This document shows positions 17,701-25,727 of a stretch of DNA of 38,619 bases, piece after piece. Positions within the stretch are counted from its first letter, which is position 1. Every line of letters begins with the position of its first letter. The notes beneath the pieces were generated by a model, which saw only the letters and a list, made by a program, of their open reading frames with translations, had not been told where the DNA came from and searched no databases. The position numbers and the translations under genes are program-made. Origin of the DNA: a virus (lineage: Duplodnaviria > Caudoviricetes); IMG/VR virus record IMGVR_UViG_3300044858_000265, positions 1-38,619 of that record. One strand, given 5' to 3'.

Positions 17701-19977
17701 GCCTGTCGGAGCAATCTGGGTAGCGCCTTGCTGCACTGTTGGTACAACTTGTTGCTGTGTCCCTGCGCTTCTAAGAGCGGCCATAGATGGAGCGCCTTGT
17801 TGTGTAAACAAAGGCACTTGAGCACTACGGCGCAAGTCTTGAATAGGCGACACGGAAGTGGTTGGCTCAGGAAGTTGCGTACCTACACCACGGCGTAGAC
17901 CTTCAGCACGGGATGGGCGTGGGGCTTCTCTACGGCTAAACAATTCCAATTGCTGGGGTGCACGCACAGGCAACGGTTTTGTAGGAAGTTGTTGCTGTGT
18001 CTGTTGCTGTTGTGCCCGGGCAGCGTCCATAGCTTGCTGAGCAATATCCAGTTGTCGTTGGGCTTGCCCCCGTGCTTGCAATTTATTAAGGTCAGCTTCA
18101 CGCTGTGCGGCGGCTGCGGCTTGTGCTTGTACCTGAGCGTCACGGCTTTGTGCCAAGTTCATTGCCTGCTGCATAGCAGGGTTTACGATAGGTGCAGCTT
18201 GGTCAGTAAAGCCTACGCCACTAGGAGCAGGAGGCGCAAACTGCAATGCCAACTGGTTGGGGTCAGTAATCTGTTGTTGTGGGCCAATCTGAGCCGCTTG
18301 CTCTTGCGGGCTAACTTCACGCCACGACTGGGTAGTTACATCCCATACTCGTTGTGGTTGCACATTGCCCTGCATACTGCGAGCCTTGGCTTCAGCAACA
18401 GGGATACCACCGAGGTCGAGCACGCCTTGTGCACCACCAAACTGATTAGGTTGAACTTCACCTGTATAGATGCGGTCGCCCGGCGTAGAAGCACGAACGC
18501 CAGCAGCACCAGCCACAAAGTCAGGGCGTGCGCCCATACCACCTGAGGGGGTTGGCTCGCCTACGGGAGTTACTTCACGAGAGTCACTGAGGGGTGGCTC
18601 AGTAGTCTGACTTGGGTTCAACAAGTTTGTAGGTTGTTTGTTGATAGGGCCGCGTCGTAGGTTCGCACCAGCACCAATCGTTCCACCAACGCCAAAGCCA
18701 GCAGCAAAGGATTCAAGTAAACGTTTTTGTACATCGGAATCAGTAAAGTCTTGACCCGTCATACCAATGAGCAAACTTTCTTGTCCTAGTTCAGTTGCGC
18801 CTTCGGCTGTACCACCAACGATTGCGCCTTTTGCTCCTCGCTTGAGTAGTTCACCACCACGGAGAGCTTGAGTACCTAAGAATGTTTTACCCTGAATATC
18901 TTGTAGGTTGGTAGCCCCACCTCGTGCGGACAAACCGCCAGTACCAAACAAGCGGGAAGCAAGGAAGAACTCAGGTAGAGATTCGAGAAGGGCATAGGGA
19001 ACTGCGCCAGACAGAGCGGCAAGACGAGCGTTGGTATCATCAGCACCAGACCCTTGCTCACGGAACTCACCATAGATGTCAGCAGCACCAGTGGCATAGT
19101 TCTGACCTACGCTTAGAATTGTTGCACCTGCAATACCAGCCGCTTCTTTTAGCAGTTTGGTTTCAGTTGCGTCTAGTGCTTCACCTGCGGCACGTTTCTT
19201 TAAAGCCGAAATAACAGATTGTTTAAAGGCAGTCTTACCTGCCAAGCCAGCCAGTGCACCACCTGCACCAGCCAAAGGGCCACCTGCGGCAGTACCAGCA
19301 AAGAAGCCTGCGGCTGCGACACCGATAGACTCAAGAATGTTTGGGCCTTGCTGCGCAACAGTTGCAGCTAACCAGTCGATAGCACCTTTAGTTGAGTCAA
19401 TCTCTGTAAACTCACGACGGAATGGGAGGTTCTTACGCAAGTCTTCCATCTGCGTATCGACAATGCCTTGACCTGTTTCTTCAGCACCAGCAAGCTGAAG
19501 CCCACGACCTGCAAGTAATTGCAACTGGTCAACACCAATGCCAAAGTTCTTGGACATAAGACGACCAAGACTAGGGTTACGGATACCACTGGTAATTTGC
19601 CCGTATGCTTGCGGTGTAAGTGTTACCCAGTCGCCACCTTTTAGTGTTCCAACGGGGGGCTGGTCTAGCAAAGCCTCCGCACGCAGGGTCATCTCGGAGT
19701 CATCTTCGTCAAAGGTAACGCCCTGTACAGCAAGTTTTTTCTGTGATGGACTGTACTGAATAGCAGGTGGGCGTTTAATCTGCGGCAGTTCAAACTGCGT
19801 CAGCCTCTGCGCAGCAGCACCCATCGTGGCAATATCAGTCAGTCCTTTTTGAAGGGCATCTGACCCTGTACTAGCCGCAGGATTTAAGAACGTATAGCCA
19901 CTCATGTCACTGGCAAGCGACCCGCCAGAGCTAGTGTACAGTGGATTTTCAAATGACTGTGTGGCTTTAGTCGCCAT
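11725..19977 (-). CDS. Giant internal virion / DNA-ejection polyvalent-type protein (2750 aa) with MORN repeats, zincin-like metallopeptidase motif and PLxRFG-like C-terminal region
   Basis: Last gene of the structural block; AAGGTGA SD; AHETLGH..EEVLA metallopeptidase-like motif (~15840-16020); YVPLIREGDW (~14116-14146); TQGDY..NRP..F..YKQY C-terminal pattern. Confidence 0.8.
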   Translation of the reverse strand: MATKATQSFENPLYTSSGGSLASDMSGYTFLNPAASTGSDALQKGLTDIATMGAAAQRLTQFELPQIKRPPAIQYSPSQKKLAVQGVTFDEDDSEMTLRAEALLDQPPVGTLKGGDWVTLTPQAYGQITSGIRNPSLGRLMSKNFGIGVDQLQLLAGRGLQLAGAEETGQGIVDTQMEDLRKNLPFRREFTEIDSTKGAIDWLAATVAQQGPNILESIGVAAAGFFAGTAAGGPLAGAGGALAGLAGKTAFKQSVISALKKRAAGEALDATETKLLKEAAGIAGATILSVGQNYATGAADIYGEFREQGSGADDTNARLAALSGAVPYALLESLPEFFLASRLFGTGGLSARGGATNLQDIQGKTFLGTQALRGGELLKRGAKGAIVGGTAEGATELGQESLLIGMTGQDFTDSDVQKRLLESFAAGFGVGGTIGAGANLRRGPINKQPTNLLNPSQTTEPPLSDSREVTPVGEPTPSGGMGARPDFVAGAAGVRASTPGDRIYTGEVQPNQFGGAQGVLDLGGIPVAEAKARSMQGNVQPQRVWDVTTQSWREVSPQEQAAQIGPQQQITDPNQLALQFAPPAPSGVGFTDQAAPIVNPAMQQAMNLAQSRDAQVQAQAAAAAQREADLNKLQARGQAQRQLDIAQQAMDAARAQQQQTQQQLPTKPLPVRAPQQLELFSRREAPRPSRAEGLRRGVGTQLPEPTTSVSPIQDLRRSAQVPLFTQQGAPSMAALRSAGTQQQVVPTVQQGATQIAPTGAPVTAVTSEAAKGAALKKEKTGTITFEDGSIYTGQLKKGEPNGQGTLIYSDTSTYTGQFKNGKPQGTGRFEDADGTVFDGQFEDGDFIQPEVTEDAVQEPSPAQVPVRQRTKGGSEVRKGDTKGGKAPTKGQALKAKEKVTPEETPPPPPPKGGKALKKAPAKKTEAKAEAAPKAAKLQKGPSGLAAMVGQLMGTTAQPTVVESQPKRGPNEASAETVAANEELDMAIETAETTKNAAAYAEALYDIVSAYVTSADRTYLRKTSTKFLTDEGGVPKGDYVAALREIALDEESISPKSRLYGLLADAGLLNDVNVLKNVRVPGAKTTQEAVVGETIGANSEISDEERLANFIDSNPQYYDKQQLINELKKRYAKIDDDNFLVGKRGRIKDFFDTNGNPLVTQPAGTSYFIPNTVAEEKTTKSDFVAKHETARKDMRDLEDTEDQLTLDDLQFDPFYDRKPNSDDDWRAFRSNGKPLTPMKVGPLRLFAARVISKYARKPRVSVFANIQDMKRSNPALFEAAAKARRDGDIEAVNAAGMAWGDNVVLFADLIHSEEHARFIIAHETLGHVGFRGLFSNQALNKILQFVADADPHLTNEAIVYANGKGIPFLEAVEEVLADRAAAIDNNTILRFWNWLKDQLNKLGLSFNDDAARYLISLSRKYVRQGVGRSEVNTSGLFKEISEALATEQSDIEVLRFAQSAAQGSANFAQNFVNRNFAIYGGISRSIQDIVDASQKSAEMRKQGKGVLANVSNVVQKVLDGIQTQDNMARKSKGYFNIFRLLQDQAARQTELKTQYAEMTNIAHEAKFLGFGQGLTAEQSVRAGELMAYATLFKMNQMSDNAIAKMDNIVFYDPNNLEPIPKINVDGFNQLKQAGRMTPEEFRSGFKVQQGTEERPMTEEYKAELAAQRDRELAIMEAGKDRELARLQKKLAAATNEEAKLEFELRIKRLENRYASTVESTKRYYTKQMNDKTYEAPRLTDSLGWFKDVDGTVIENDDGTVTYTGTSIEYQVYLQFHEAISKSAADVLIGKYLGAIHEQTRAITSGVGASFSQSLTAQETKFIEDIVEQYDRMRLKDSGYKNNRFEMSEASQEDANEWLRMKFARAFYTDFALTDLSKMVEGYTPAEVDTIVRGMRKKLRTKGDPDIDDTRDSSIWALEHRIEERAMFAASINDDQFYAKRTIAGSYVPLIREGDWQIRIQAYKTVNGQEVPIKLRQGQQDSLFYGKTANQKDAQEVQDELDNLFAGEHDMRDADGNMQTVKLRAIASVAEQTPALVDILHYDEVMYSLSRLGINITPEQRTTLVQKLTAQNTRARANLKRSGVPGWDKDVVKSASAYLEQQAYTAANKEFRHQYDEVLDNPYNWQGDPTRLEELRVKWESSTGEAKEIAARDYFQEKFYYDNAVEVIDGKRVERGNWYKERAKSLLDWKESTGDIVHADDIWTNNEWSVAARTWAAIAQLGGSIATGVTQMLSLPTNSWAYLSAFNPKNGFGLGLGAGRAATLLFEYGRKAGSFRYSNLDYIKGQIKELQDSGEDRNKDGLTFAELNFLQTMTEEQRLDAAQFNALTGTSRGRKITGNPTAQKVIQVWMLPFSYSEQFNRRTTLLAAYRGEYDRQRAAGLAHNEADLAARAAASRAVDATQGDYAQYNRPAFFRGGLQSFIYMYKQYPILMVQLLKNMNYEGRIIMLGSLLLLSGVRGIPGSDDILDIVDGIAQRLGLKVGSVEKEFARLTRSVFGDELAAEINPIIMRGLLDHFTGLSFSNRLGLGDIIPGTGLLKPSATKQEILREVVNIAGAPTSFLAGAFEYTFNTLPAVATGRKGITSLATDSPFTAIKNLGTAFKFYDTGAIVDTKGYVVAQNATAWEILGKALGWYPSRAQAQMDWLMADSQEQAYMSMIKTEATRQAVAARLSGDADAEKDVKEYIKSWNESTKGTRLEIRNFEKGLSQAYREAQKPLALRALKSSAKGGRAEAKEMLRLYGVDEETLSGIPD
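11731..11754 (+). terminator. Possible terminator/pause hairpin at the convergence point, embedded in the 3' end of the giant gene
   Basis: GGGGATGCCC-GAAA-GGGTTTCCTC (GNRA loop, G-U pairs, one mismatch) starts 2 nt after the primase TAG; no U-tract. Confidence 0.35.
17280..17417 (-). CDS. Nested (+1 frame) small basic protein, 45 aa, MPFKS-type
   Basis: GGAGGT SD (17426-17431) 8 nt before ATG 17417; MPFKSQAQRKYLYANEPKVAAKFAKETPKGAKLPQKVKPSKPKKK-TAA; lies entirely inside the 2750-aa CDS. Confidence 0.7.
   Translation of the reverse strand: MPFKSQAQRKYLYANEPKVAAKFAKETPKGAKLPQKVKPSKPKKK
17441..17640 (-). repeat. MORN repeats (two full 23-aa units plus flanking partial units) within the giant protein
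   Basis: TGTITFEDGSI / YTGQLKKGEPNGQGTLIYSDTST / YTGQFKNGKPQGTGRFEDADGTV / FDGQFEDGDF fits the MORN pattern YxGxxxxGxxxGxG. Confidence 0.85.
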
Positions 19978-19985
19978 AATTCACC

Positions 19986-22217
19986 TTACCTGACTACTTG
20001 TTGGGGAGGATTCACGGTACTCCAAATACTCCTATCTACTCCGGAAACTTGTTGTGCAACTACTCCAAGGTCAACTTTAGCACCATTGATAGTGGCTGTT
20101 TTATTTTGTCCATCAATCACAAACACATCGCCTAAACCGTTGGAGTAATAGGCTTTACCATCGCCAGCACCAGAGCCAATAAGTTTAAAGCCAGCCAATT
20201 TAATTTTTTCCTCAGCCAGTTTGGTATTACCTTTGAGGATTTCAAGCTGAATCTCACGAGCAGAACGTAAAGTTTCTTCACTAGCTTTCTTACGAATTTC
20301 TTCATCAGTATCAAAGCGTTTTGCGCTACGCTCAATTTGTAGTTTAGCAAGTTGTTGGCGGTAATCTGTATCCACTTGCGTACGAACAAGTTGCTCGACC
20401 TGTGGCCCTTCAAGACCAGACTTAGCAACCTTGCCGTTAATATACAAATCAAACTTGCCATCGTTACGGCTAAGAACTTGATGCGGTGCACCAGTAAAGG
20501 TAGACAATACAGACATAGCACGGCTAAAGTTACCAGTCGTTGCGCCCTCATAAAGCCCGATGTCTGCTTGGTTCTTGTACATACCAAGGTCAATAGCTTG
20601 AATCTTAGCCGCAGCTTCTATGGCTTTGTCACCCATACCATACTGATTGTAAAGAGCTACTTGCTTTTGCAACATAGCACGAGTAGTTAATAACTGTTGG
20701 ATTTGCGGATTGCGGGCACTTGCGTCAATCTGAGCAGGGCCATACATCACACCATCTTTAGCAGGTTGTACTGGTACAGCAGTAGACGCAGCAGTTGCCA
20801 CATCTTTAGGTGTACCTGTGTTTACCGCTTGAGTAACTGTTTGAGCTTGAGTAGGTACTGGCGGAGCTTTTCCAGTACTTGCTGTAACAATTGGCGACTC
20901 TTTGTTAAAGCCGAGCGCAATGCCTGTGTCAATGATTTGAGCATTATATGGGTTCTTTCCGTTTTCAAATTGAATGATAGAAGTAACCAACTGACGCATA
21001 ACTGCTGCATCTTTGAGATTTATTGTGTCAGTGGGTTTAACACCTAATTCTTTTGCGACTTGATTTATATATGCACCTGTCTTATTTTCAGACGGAGGTG
21101 CCCAGCGATTAATAATTCCTTGTACTGTGTTAATACCCTGCTGGTCATAAGACAACAGGTTTAACGTCATGGCACGGATACCTGCTTCAGGTGAAGCAAA
21201 TTGCACAAAGCCTGCGGCTTCTTTCGCACCTTTATCAATCCCAACCTGACCTTGCCATGTGTACTGAGTGCTAGGACGGATATTGCCGGGGTTGTTATTT
21301 ACTAGACCACGTACGGGTTTACCCTTAGCATCCAGTTGCCAGTCTTCCAAACCTTGCTTCTGGGCGACCTCTGCATTTTTAACACGCTCAGTTTCTACTG
21401 CTTTTGCTTTAGTAGCTTCGCCTGCTTTTAAACGCTCGAGTAATTGTGCTTCAGTAACTGGTTGAGTAACTTGTTGGGTACTACTAGACATACCGCGCAA
21501 TGCTTGGTTCGCCATAGGTGTAAAGCTACCATCCCCAACAAGAGGAAGTAAATCTTGCCTAGTTACATTTTGGTCAATAAGACCAAGGCTGCGTCCAATA
21601 CCAGTGACGTTTGCTTGTTCTCCAAGCCAGTTTACACCACGAGCAGCAAGGTTGTAAGGGCCAGCCGCAATGTCGTACGCTCCACTGGCAAGATACCCAG
21701 CGGCAAATACAGGAGCTTTGGCTACACCACCAACGGTACGAGCAGCGTTTAAATCCTGTAAGCGTTGCCGTCTTGCTTGTGGAGACAGAGCTTGAAACTC
21801 AGCAGCAGTCAACTGGTCAGTTGGTATAGAAGCCAGTTGTGCAGGAGTACGCAACCCCGCAGCAGGTGCAGCCGGAAGTGCAGTTGTAGGTACATTTGCA
21901 GGAGGTGCAACAGGCGTAGACGTAGCAGACGCAGGTGCAGCAGCCGGAGCAGGTGCAGGAACAGGTGCAGGAGCAGGTGCAGTAGGTGCATTGGGGTTAC
22001 CAATAACTGTACCCGGAGTCTGCACAAACTGTGGCAGTGGAGCGTTAGCTATTTCATTTGTACCTTCGCCCATACGGGCACGAATCTCCATAAGGCGATT
22101 AGCCTCTTGGATTCGCATCAAGTTGCCACGTTGCTCAATCTCTGCGTTTTCAGCTTGTCGCTGACGACCCGCAACAATACCAGCACCACCGATTAATTGC
22201 CCAAAGTTAAGAGCCAT
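19986..22217 (-). CDS. Internal virion (ejection) protein with lysozyme-like peptidoglycan hydrolase domain
   Basis: RGLVNNNPGNIR...FVQFASPEAGIRAM...TVQGIINRWAPPSENKT..Y...IIQFENG (~20950-21310) is a phage virion muralytic-like motif; AAGGAG SD. Confidence 0.75.
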   Translation of the reverse strand: MALNFGQLIGGAGIVAGRQRQAENAEIEQRGNLMRIQEANRLMEIRARMGEGTNEIANAPLPQFVQTPGTVIGNPNAPTAPAPAPVPAPAPAAAPASATSTPVAPPANVPTTALPAAPAAGLRTPAQLASIPTDQLTAAEFQALSPQARRQRLQDLNAARTVGGVAKAPVFAAGYLASGAYDIAAGPYNLAARGVNWLGEQANVTGIGRSLGLIDQNVTRQDLLPLVGDGSFTPMANQALRGMSSSTQQVTQPVTEAQLLERLKAGEATKAKAVETERVKNAEVAQKQGLEDWQLDAKGKPVRGLVNNNPGNIRPSTQYTWQGQVGIDKGAKEAAGFVQFASPEAGIRAMTLNLLSYDQQGINTVQGIINRWAPPSENKTGAYINQVAKELGVKPTDTINLKDAAVMRQLVTSIIQFENGKNPYNAQIIDTGIALGFNKESPIVTASTGKAPPVPTQAQTVTQAVNTGTPKDVATAASTAVPVQPAKDGVMYGPAQIDASARNPQIQQLLTTRAMLQKQVALYNQYGMGDKAIEAAAKIQAIDLGMYKNQADIGLYEGATTGNFSRAMSVLSTFTGAPHQVLSRNDGKFDLYINGKVAKSGLEGPQVEQLVRTQVDTDYRQQLAKLQIERSAKRFDTDEEIRKKASEETLRSAREIQLEILKGNTKLAEEKIKLAGFKLIGSGAGDGKAYYSNGLGDVFVIDGQNKTATINGAKVDLGVVAQQVSGVDRSIWSTVNPPQQVVR

Positions 22218-22228
22218 GATGCTCTCCT

Positions 22229-23920
22229 TTACCCGCGACCAACATTAATATTAATAGGCAGTCCTGTGCTGTTTGCCTGTTGTCTACCAGTGAATGAGCC
22301 AAACAACTCGCCAACATCACCAGCGTTTAGACGGCGGCGGCGGTCTGCTGCATCATACAAACTACCAACATATGAACCGTACTGCAACGAACTAGCCGGG
22401 CCACCTGTTGGCATTAAGTTAAGACCCGCAGTTTGTGTACGAATTTTATTTTGTTGTGCAGCATCAGCACCTTGGAGATATGCAGTCTGACCACCAGTAG
22501 AAATACCTAGGTCAAAACGACGTTCCTCAGAAGCACGTAAGCCAGCGCGTTGTGGGCCAAATTTACCAAGTGCTTCGCGTTTTGCACGAGCACCAGCAGT
22601 TCTAACGGCACGTTCACTTTGCATACCGAAGTAAGCTGGGTCAAAGTACTTGGATTCCCCAATAATTCCTTGTGCTTCTTGCAGACGTTGGTTAAACAAC
22701 TCTTGGTTAGTTTCACGCAACTGACGAAGTTCAGCAGTTTGTTGGTTAAGCAATGCTCTTTCTTCATCTGACAAACCATCACCAGCAATCTGAGAGCCAG
22801 CAATCTGACCAGCAGCACGCAAGAACAAATCAGCTTGATTACGCGGGTCAGTAAATTTCTGTTTAAGAGCTTCGCTAAATGTCGTTGGAGCAGCTTGAGC
22901 AGCAGCCCCTCCAGTGGTAGTAGCAGCAGCGGACGGAACAGTTTGTGTTGCCCCACCAGTTTTACTAACTACGTTCGTTAATTGCCCAGACTGTACAGCT
23001 TGATTAGCCGCAGCTTGTTCCATCGCAGGAGTAACTTGTAGACCAGCTTGTGCGTAGCTTGGGGCACTACCAGCAACCGCAGTTGTTGGGTCGTAGTACA
23101 TACCACCACCAGCACCAAACGCACCAGCACTACCGCCAACCGCACCGGGGGTGTTAACCGCTAATGAACTAACACCCGGGCTAACAGCGCCTGCACCGCC
23201 AGTAATAGCGTTTGCCACATCTTGCGCAGAAGCTGCGCCAGAACTTAACTGGTTTGCCAAAGAGCTATTGATTTGACCACCGTAAGCAATGTTCTGTGCG
23301 GCAATCGTAGAACCGCTCATAGGGTCAACGAACGCACCAAGTTCAGGAGACCAGTAACCAGTACCAGAACCCACGTTGGTAACCACAGCGTTTGCCGTTG
23401 GAGTTGTTGCTAGAGCAGGAGTACCTGCATTGGCGAGGGAAGTAGAGCCAGTACCGACGTTAGCACCTTGAGCAGTAATGTTGCCCGCCTGTGAGTAGCC
23501 GCCGATACCGCCGCCGATTGCACCGAACAATGCGCTTCGACCAACGTTACCGCCAGTTGCCGCCGCAGTTACCGCACCTAGACCAGCACCAACAATTGCA
23601 GAACCAATCACAGCACCAGCCGTGGTACTCAACGCAGCAGTTACAAACGGCATAGACGCAGCAATCGCTGTACTAGAAGCCATCGCACCAACAATCGCAG
23701 GCGCAGCAAACGGAATAGCAACAGCAGCAACAACACCAATTACCGCCGCAATACCGCCACCGCCGCCGCCGCCTTGAGGTCTAATGCCCATTGCTCGGAC
23801 AAGAGCCGTGCGTTGCATCGGAGGCAAGTCGCCACCAAATGCTGCTTCAGGCAGTTCAGGAATACCCATCATCAGCATTTGTTTGCTGGTGGGCATACGG
23901 ACAAATTTAGTTGTGTTCAT
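22229..23920 (-). CDS. Internal virion (ejection/pilot) protein, Gly/Ala-rich with hydrophobic N-terminal region
   Basis: 49-aa leader, G7 run, then Ala/Gly-rich hydrophobic helices and a coiled-coil C-terminus; precedes the other ejection genes. Confidence 0.7.
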   Translation of the reverse strand: MNTTKFVRMPTSKQMLMMGIPELPEAAFGGDLPPMQRTALVRAMGIRPQGGGGGGGIAAVIGVVAAVAIPFAAPAIVGAMASSTAIAASMPFVTAALSTTAGAVIGSAIVGAGLGAVTAAATGGNVGRSALFGAIGGGIGGYSQAGNITAQGANVGTGSTSLANAGTPALATTPTANAVVTNVGSGTGYWSPELGAFVDPMSGSTIAAQNIAYGGQINSSLANQLSSGAASAQDVANAITGGAGAVSPGVSSLAVNTPGAVGGSAGAFGAGGGMYYDPTTAVAGSAPSYAQAGLQVTPAMEQAAANQAVQSGQLTNVVSKTGGATQTVPSAAATTTGGAAAQAAPTTFSEALKQKFTDPRNQADLFLRAAGQIAGSQIAGDGLSDEERALLNQQTAELRQLRETNQELFNQRLQEAQGIIGESKYFDPAYFGMQSERAVRTAGARAKREALGKFGPQRAGLRASEERRFDLGISTGGQTAYLQGADAAQQNKIRTQTAGLNLMPTGGPASSLQYGSYVGSLYDAADRRRRLNAGDVGELFGSFTGRQQANSTGLPININVGRG

Positions 23921-24405
23921 TTCATAGCCTCCGTCAATTCGAGTCGCATGTGTGTATACACAGGTTTAAAACCATATCGAGAAATCACCCGCTCCATTGC
24001 TGGGGAAACCCATCCCTCAATAGCACGGACACTGTTCATATACGCCCAACCACAAAGCATCTTCCAATACTTATCATGTAAGGCGTCCAAGTCATTCCCA
24101 CCCAGCGCAACAATATTCATCGCAGCCAACTTTGGGTAAGGAATAATTTCAATTGCGAGTGCCAGCTTCACACTCTTAGTAATCGTTTTATCACATTTCA
24201 CAACAAATATATACATCTTGCCAGCAAGTGCTGCGTTATAAATGTCGTCTACACTCATCTCTCCATGCATAGCACGTTTTATACAACGCTCCAACAAAGG
24301 TTTAGTCGAAGGCCAATACGCATCAAAATGCTCCTTAGTGGCTAAGAGCAAAGGCTCAAAGTCATCTAATGGTATTGGGTCGTACCCTGCTGGTAATGTG
24401 CTCAT
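23917..24405 (-). CDS. GNAT-fold acetyltransferase-like virion assembly protein
   Basis: W...KPLLER....GEMSVDDI...EIIPYP....IVALGG...W......IEGW....ER....YGF pattern of podophage GNAT-like genes upstream of ejection proteins. Confidence 0.6.
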   Translation of the reverse strand: MSTLPAGYDPIPLDDFEPLLLATKEHFDAYWPSTKPLLERCIKRAMHGEMSVDDIYNAALAGKMYIFVVKCDKTITKSVKLALAIEIIPYPKLAAMNIVALGGNDLDALHDKYWKMLCGWAYMNSVRAIEGWVSPAMERVISRYGFKPVYTHMRLELTEAMK

Positions 24406-25376
24406 GCGTCTTGATATTTCTTAAGAAGGGAGTCGAAGAAGTCTTTACCTTTAGCTTGGACAATCTTAGCTGGAATTACATACTCACCTGCTGACACACG
24501 GATTGGAATACTATCGCTAGTACCAGTACCGGGGCCAACAACTTTGCCGCCATTACGTGCATTGTCACCCATTGATATATAACCACCATTAGCCATACTC
24601 ATCATTGGTTGCTCTGCCATACCAGTTTGCGTACCCATACCACCCATATTGCCAGTTTGTTGCTGTGCAGAACGAACGGCTAAAAGTAGAACAAATACAA
24701 GACCTTGGTCATATTCAGGGGACAAATCTTGCTCAGTAGCTATACCTTGTTGTATAGCAAACTGCCGTACATACTGATACATCTCAGGGTTTTGGAGAGC
24801 AGTCATAGCTAATTGCCCTGCCATGTTTAATTCTTCAGGAGTAATTTCACCAGACTGGAACCCTGCCATGATGGCTTGCGCAATTTGCTGAACCTGTTGT
24901 GGGTTCTTACGCATAAATTCTTGAAGCTGCATTTCCATCATTTGTGGGGACATTGCTTGTTGCTGCCCACTCTGCATACCCGCAGGACGCATAGGCATAC
25001 CATTTTGACCGACCATACCGCCCTCCGCATATGTAGGTTGTAAACGAAAATCTAACGCAGGAGCGTTAGGGTTAGAAGCAATTGTGCCAGTTTGTATAAA
25101 CTGCTGACTTTGCTGTGCCAATGCAGGTTCATCTATAGCAACTTGTGGGCTACTAGACCCAAGCAAACCTTGCAGCGAAGCAGGTAAATCAAGGGACGTT
25201 GTAGGCGCTGGAAGGTCAGCAGACATTACAGGCGCAGGGGTCATAACAGGAGCAGGAGTGCCTGTCAAGTTTACCGCCGCTGGCCCTTGTGGATTAGGTT
25301 GTGCTGCCTGCGGCATCGAAGCCGGAGCCTTTTGTTGCATGTTTAAAATAGACAGTACTGGGTTCGGTGCAGCCAT
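24402..25376 (-). CDS. Gln/Met/Pro-rich virion-associated protein with C-terminal GPGTGTSDSIP module
   Basis: YAEGG and MANGG motifs; GGKVVGPGTGTSDSIPIRVSAGEYVIPA module familiar from phage tape-measure/internal proteins. Confidence 0.65.
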   Translation of the reverse strand: MAAPNPVLSILNMQQKAPASMPQAAQPNPQGPAAVNLTGTPAPVMTPAPVMSADLPAPTTSLDLPASLQGLLGSSSPQVAIDEPALAQQSQQFIQTGTIASNPNAPALDFRLQPTYAEGGMVGQNGMPMRPAGMQSGQQQAMSPQMMEMQLQEFMRKNPQQVQQIAQAIMAGFQSGEITPEELNMAGQLAMTALQNPEMYQYVRQFAIQQGIATEQDLSPEYDQGLVFVLLLAVRSAQQQTGNMGGMGTQTGMAEQPMMSMANGGYISMGDNARNGGKVVGPGTGTSDSIPIRVSAGEYVIPAKIVQAKGKDFFDSLLKKYQDA

Positions 25377-25379
25377 GAT

Positions 25380-25727
25380 TTATCCTTTCAATTGGGCAAT
25401 AAGCGTATTGACAATATTCCGTAAAGTCGCCACATCATTTGCAAGAAGTTGAACATCGTTAATTAACTTTCCAAAGTCGTCCAAATCTGCTACATTCTGC
25501 CCGCTAATAGTATACCCTTTACCGGTCGCAGATACACGAGAAAATGTAGGTTGTGCCGTCTGGTTAACCCGAAGCTGTCCTCGAGTCACTGCTTTACTGG
25601 CTAAGTCTGCCTCGCCTCGAATACCCGCAAGAAGCTCAACATCTTCTTTTAAAGCTCGGAAAATTTGTCCTTGCCACTCGGTAACGTTACCAGTGGGGAC
25701 AGAAGGTATTGCAGTAAAGCGAGCCAT
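25380..25727 (-). CDS. Hypothetical virion protein downstream of tail nozzle (115 aa)
   Basis: TAATG coupling to upstream gene; C-terminal coiled coil. Confidence 0.7.
   Translation of the reverse strand: MARFTAIPSVPTGNVTEWQGQIFRALKEDVELLAGIRGEADLASKAVTRGQLRVNQTAQPTFSRVSATGKGYTISGQNVADLDDFGKLINDVQLLANDVATLRNIVNTLIAQLKG

Noticed and set aside
11882-23032. Many 60-200 aa alternative-frame and antisense ORFs within the large - strand genes
   Set aside because: Leu/Cys/Ser/Arg-rich shadow translations expected from codon bias, with no convincing SD or motif noticed, unlike the 17280-17417 ORF. Not every short frame could be checked by hand.
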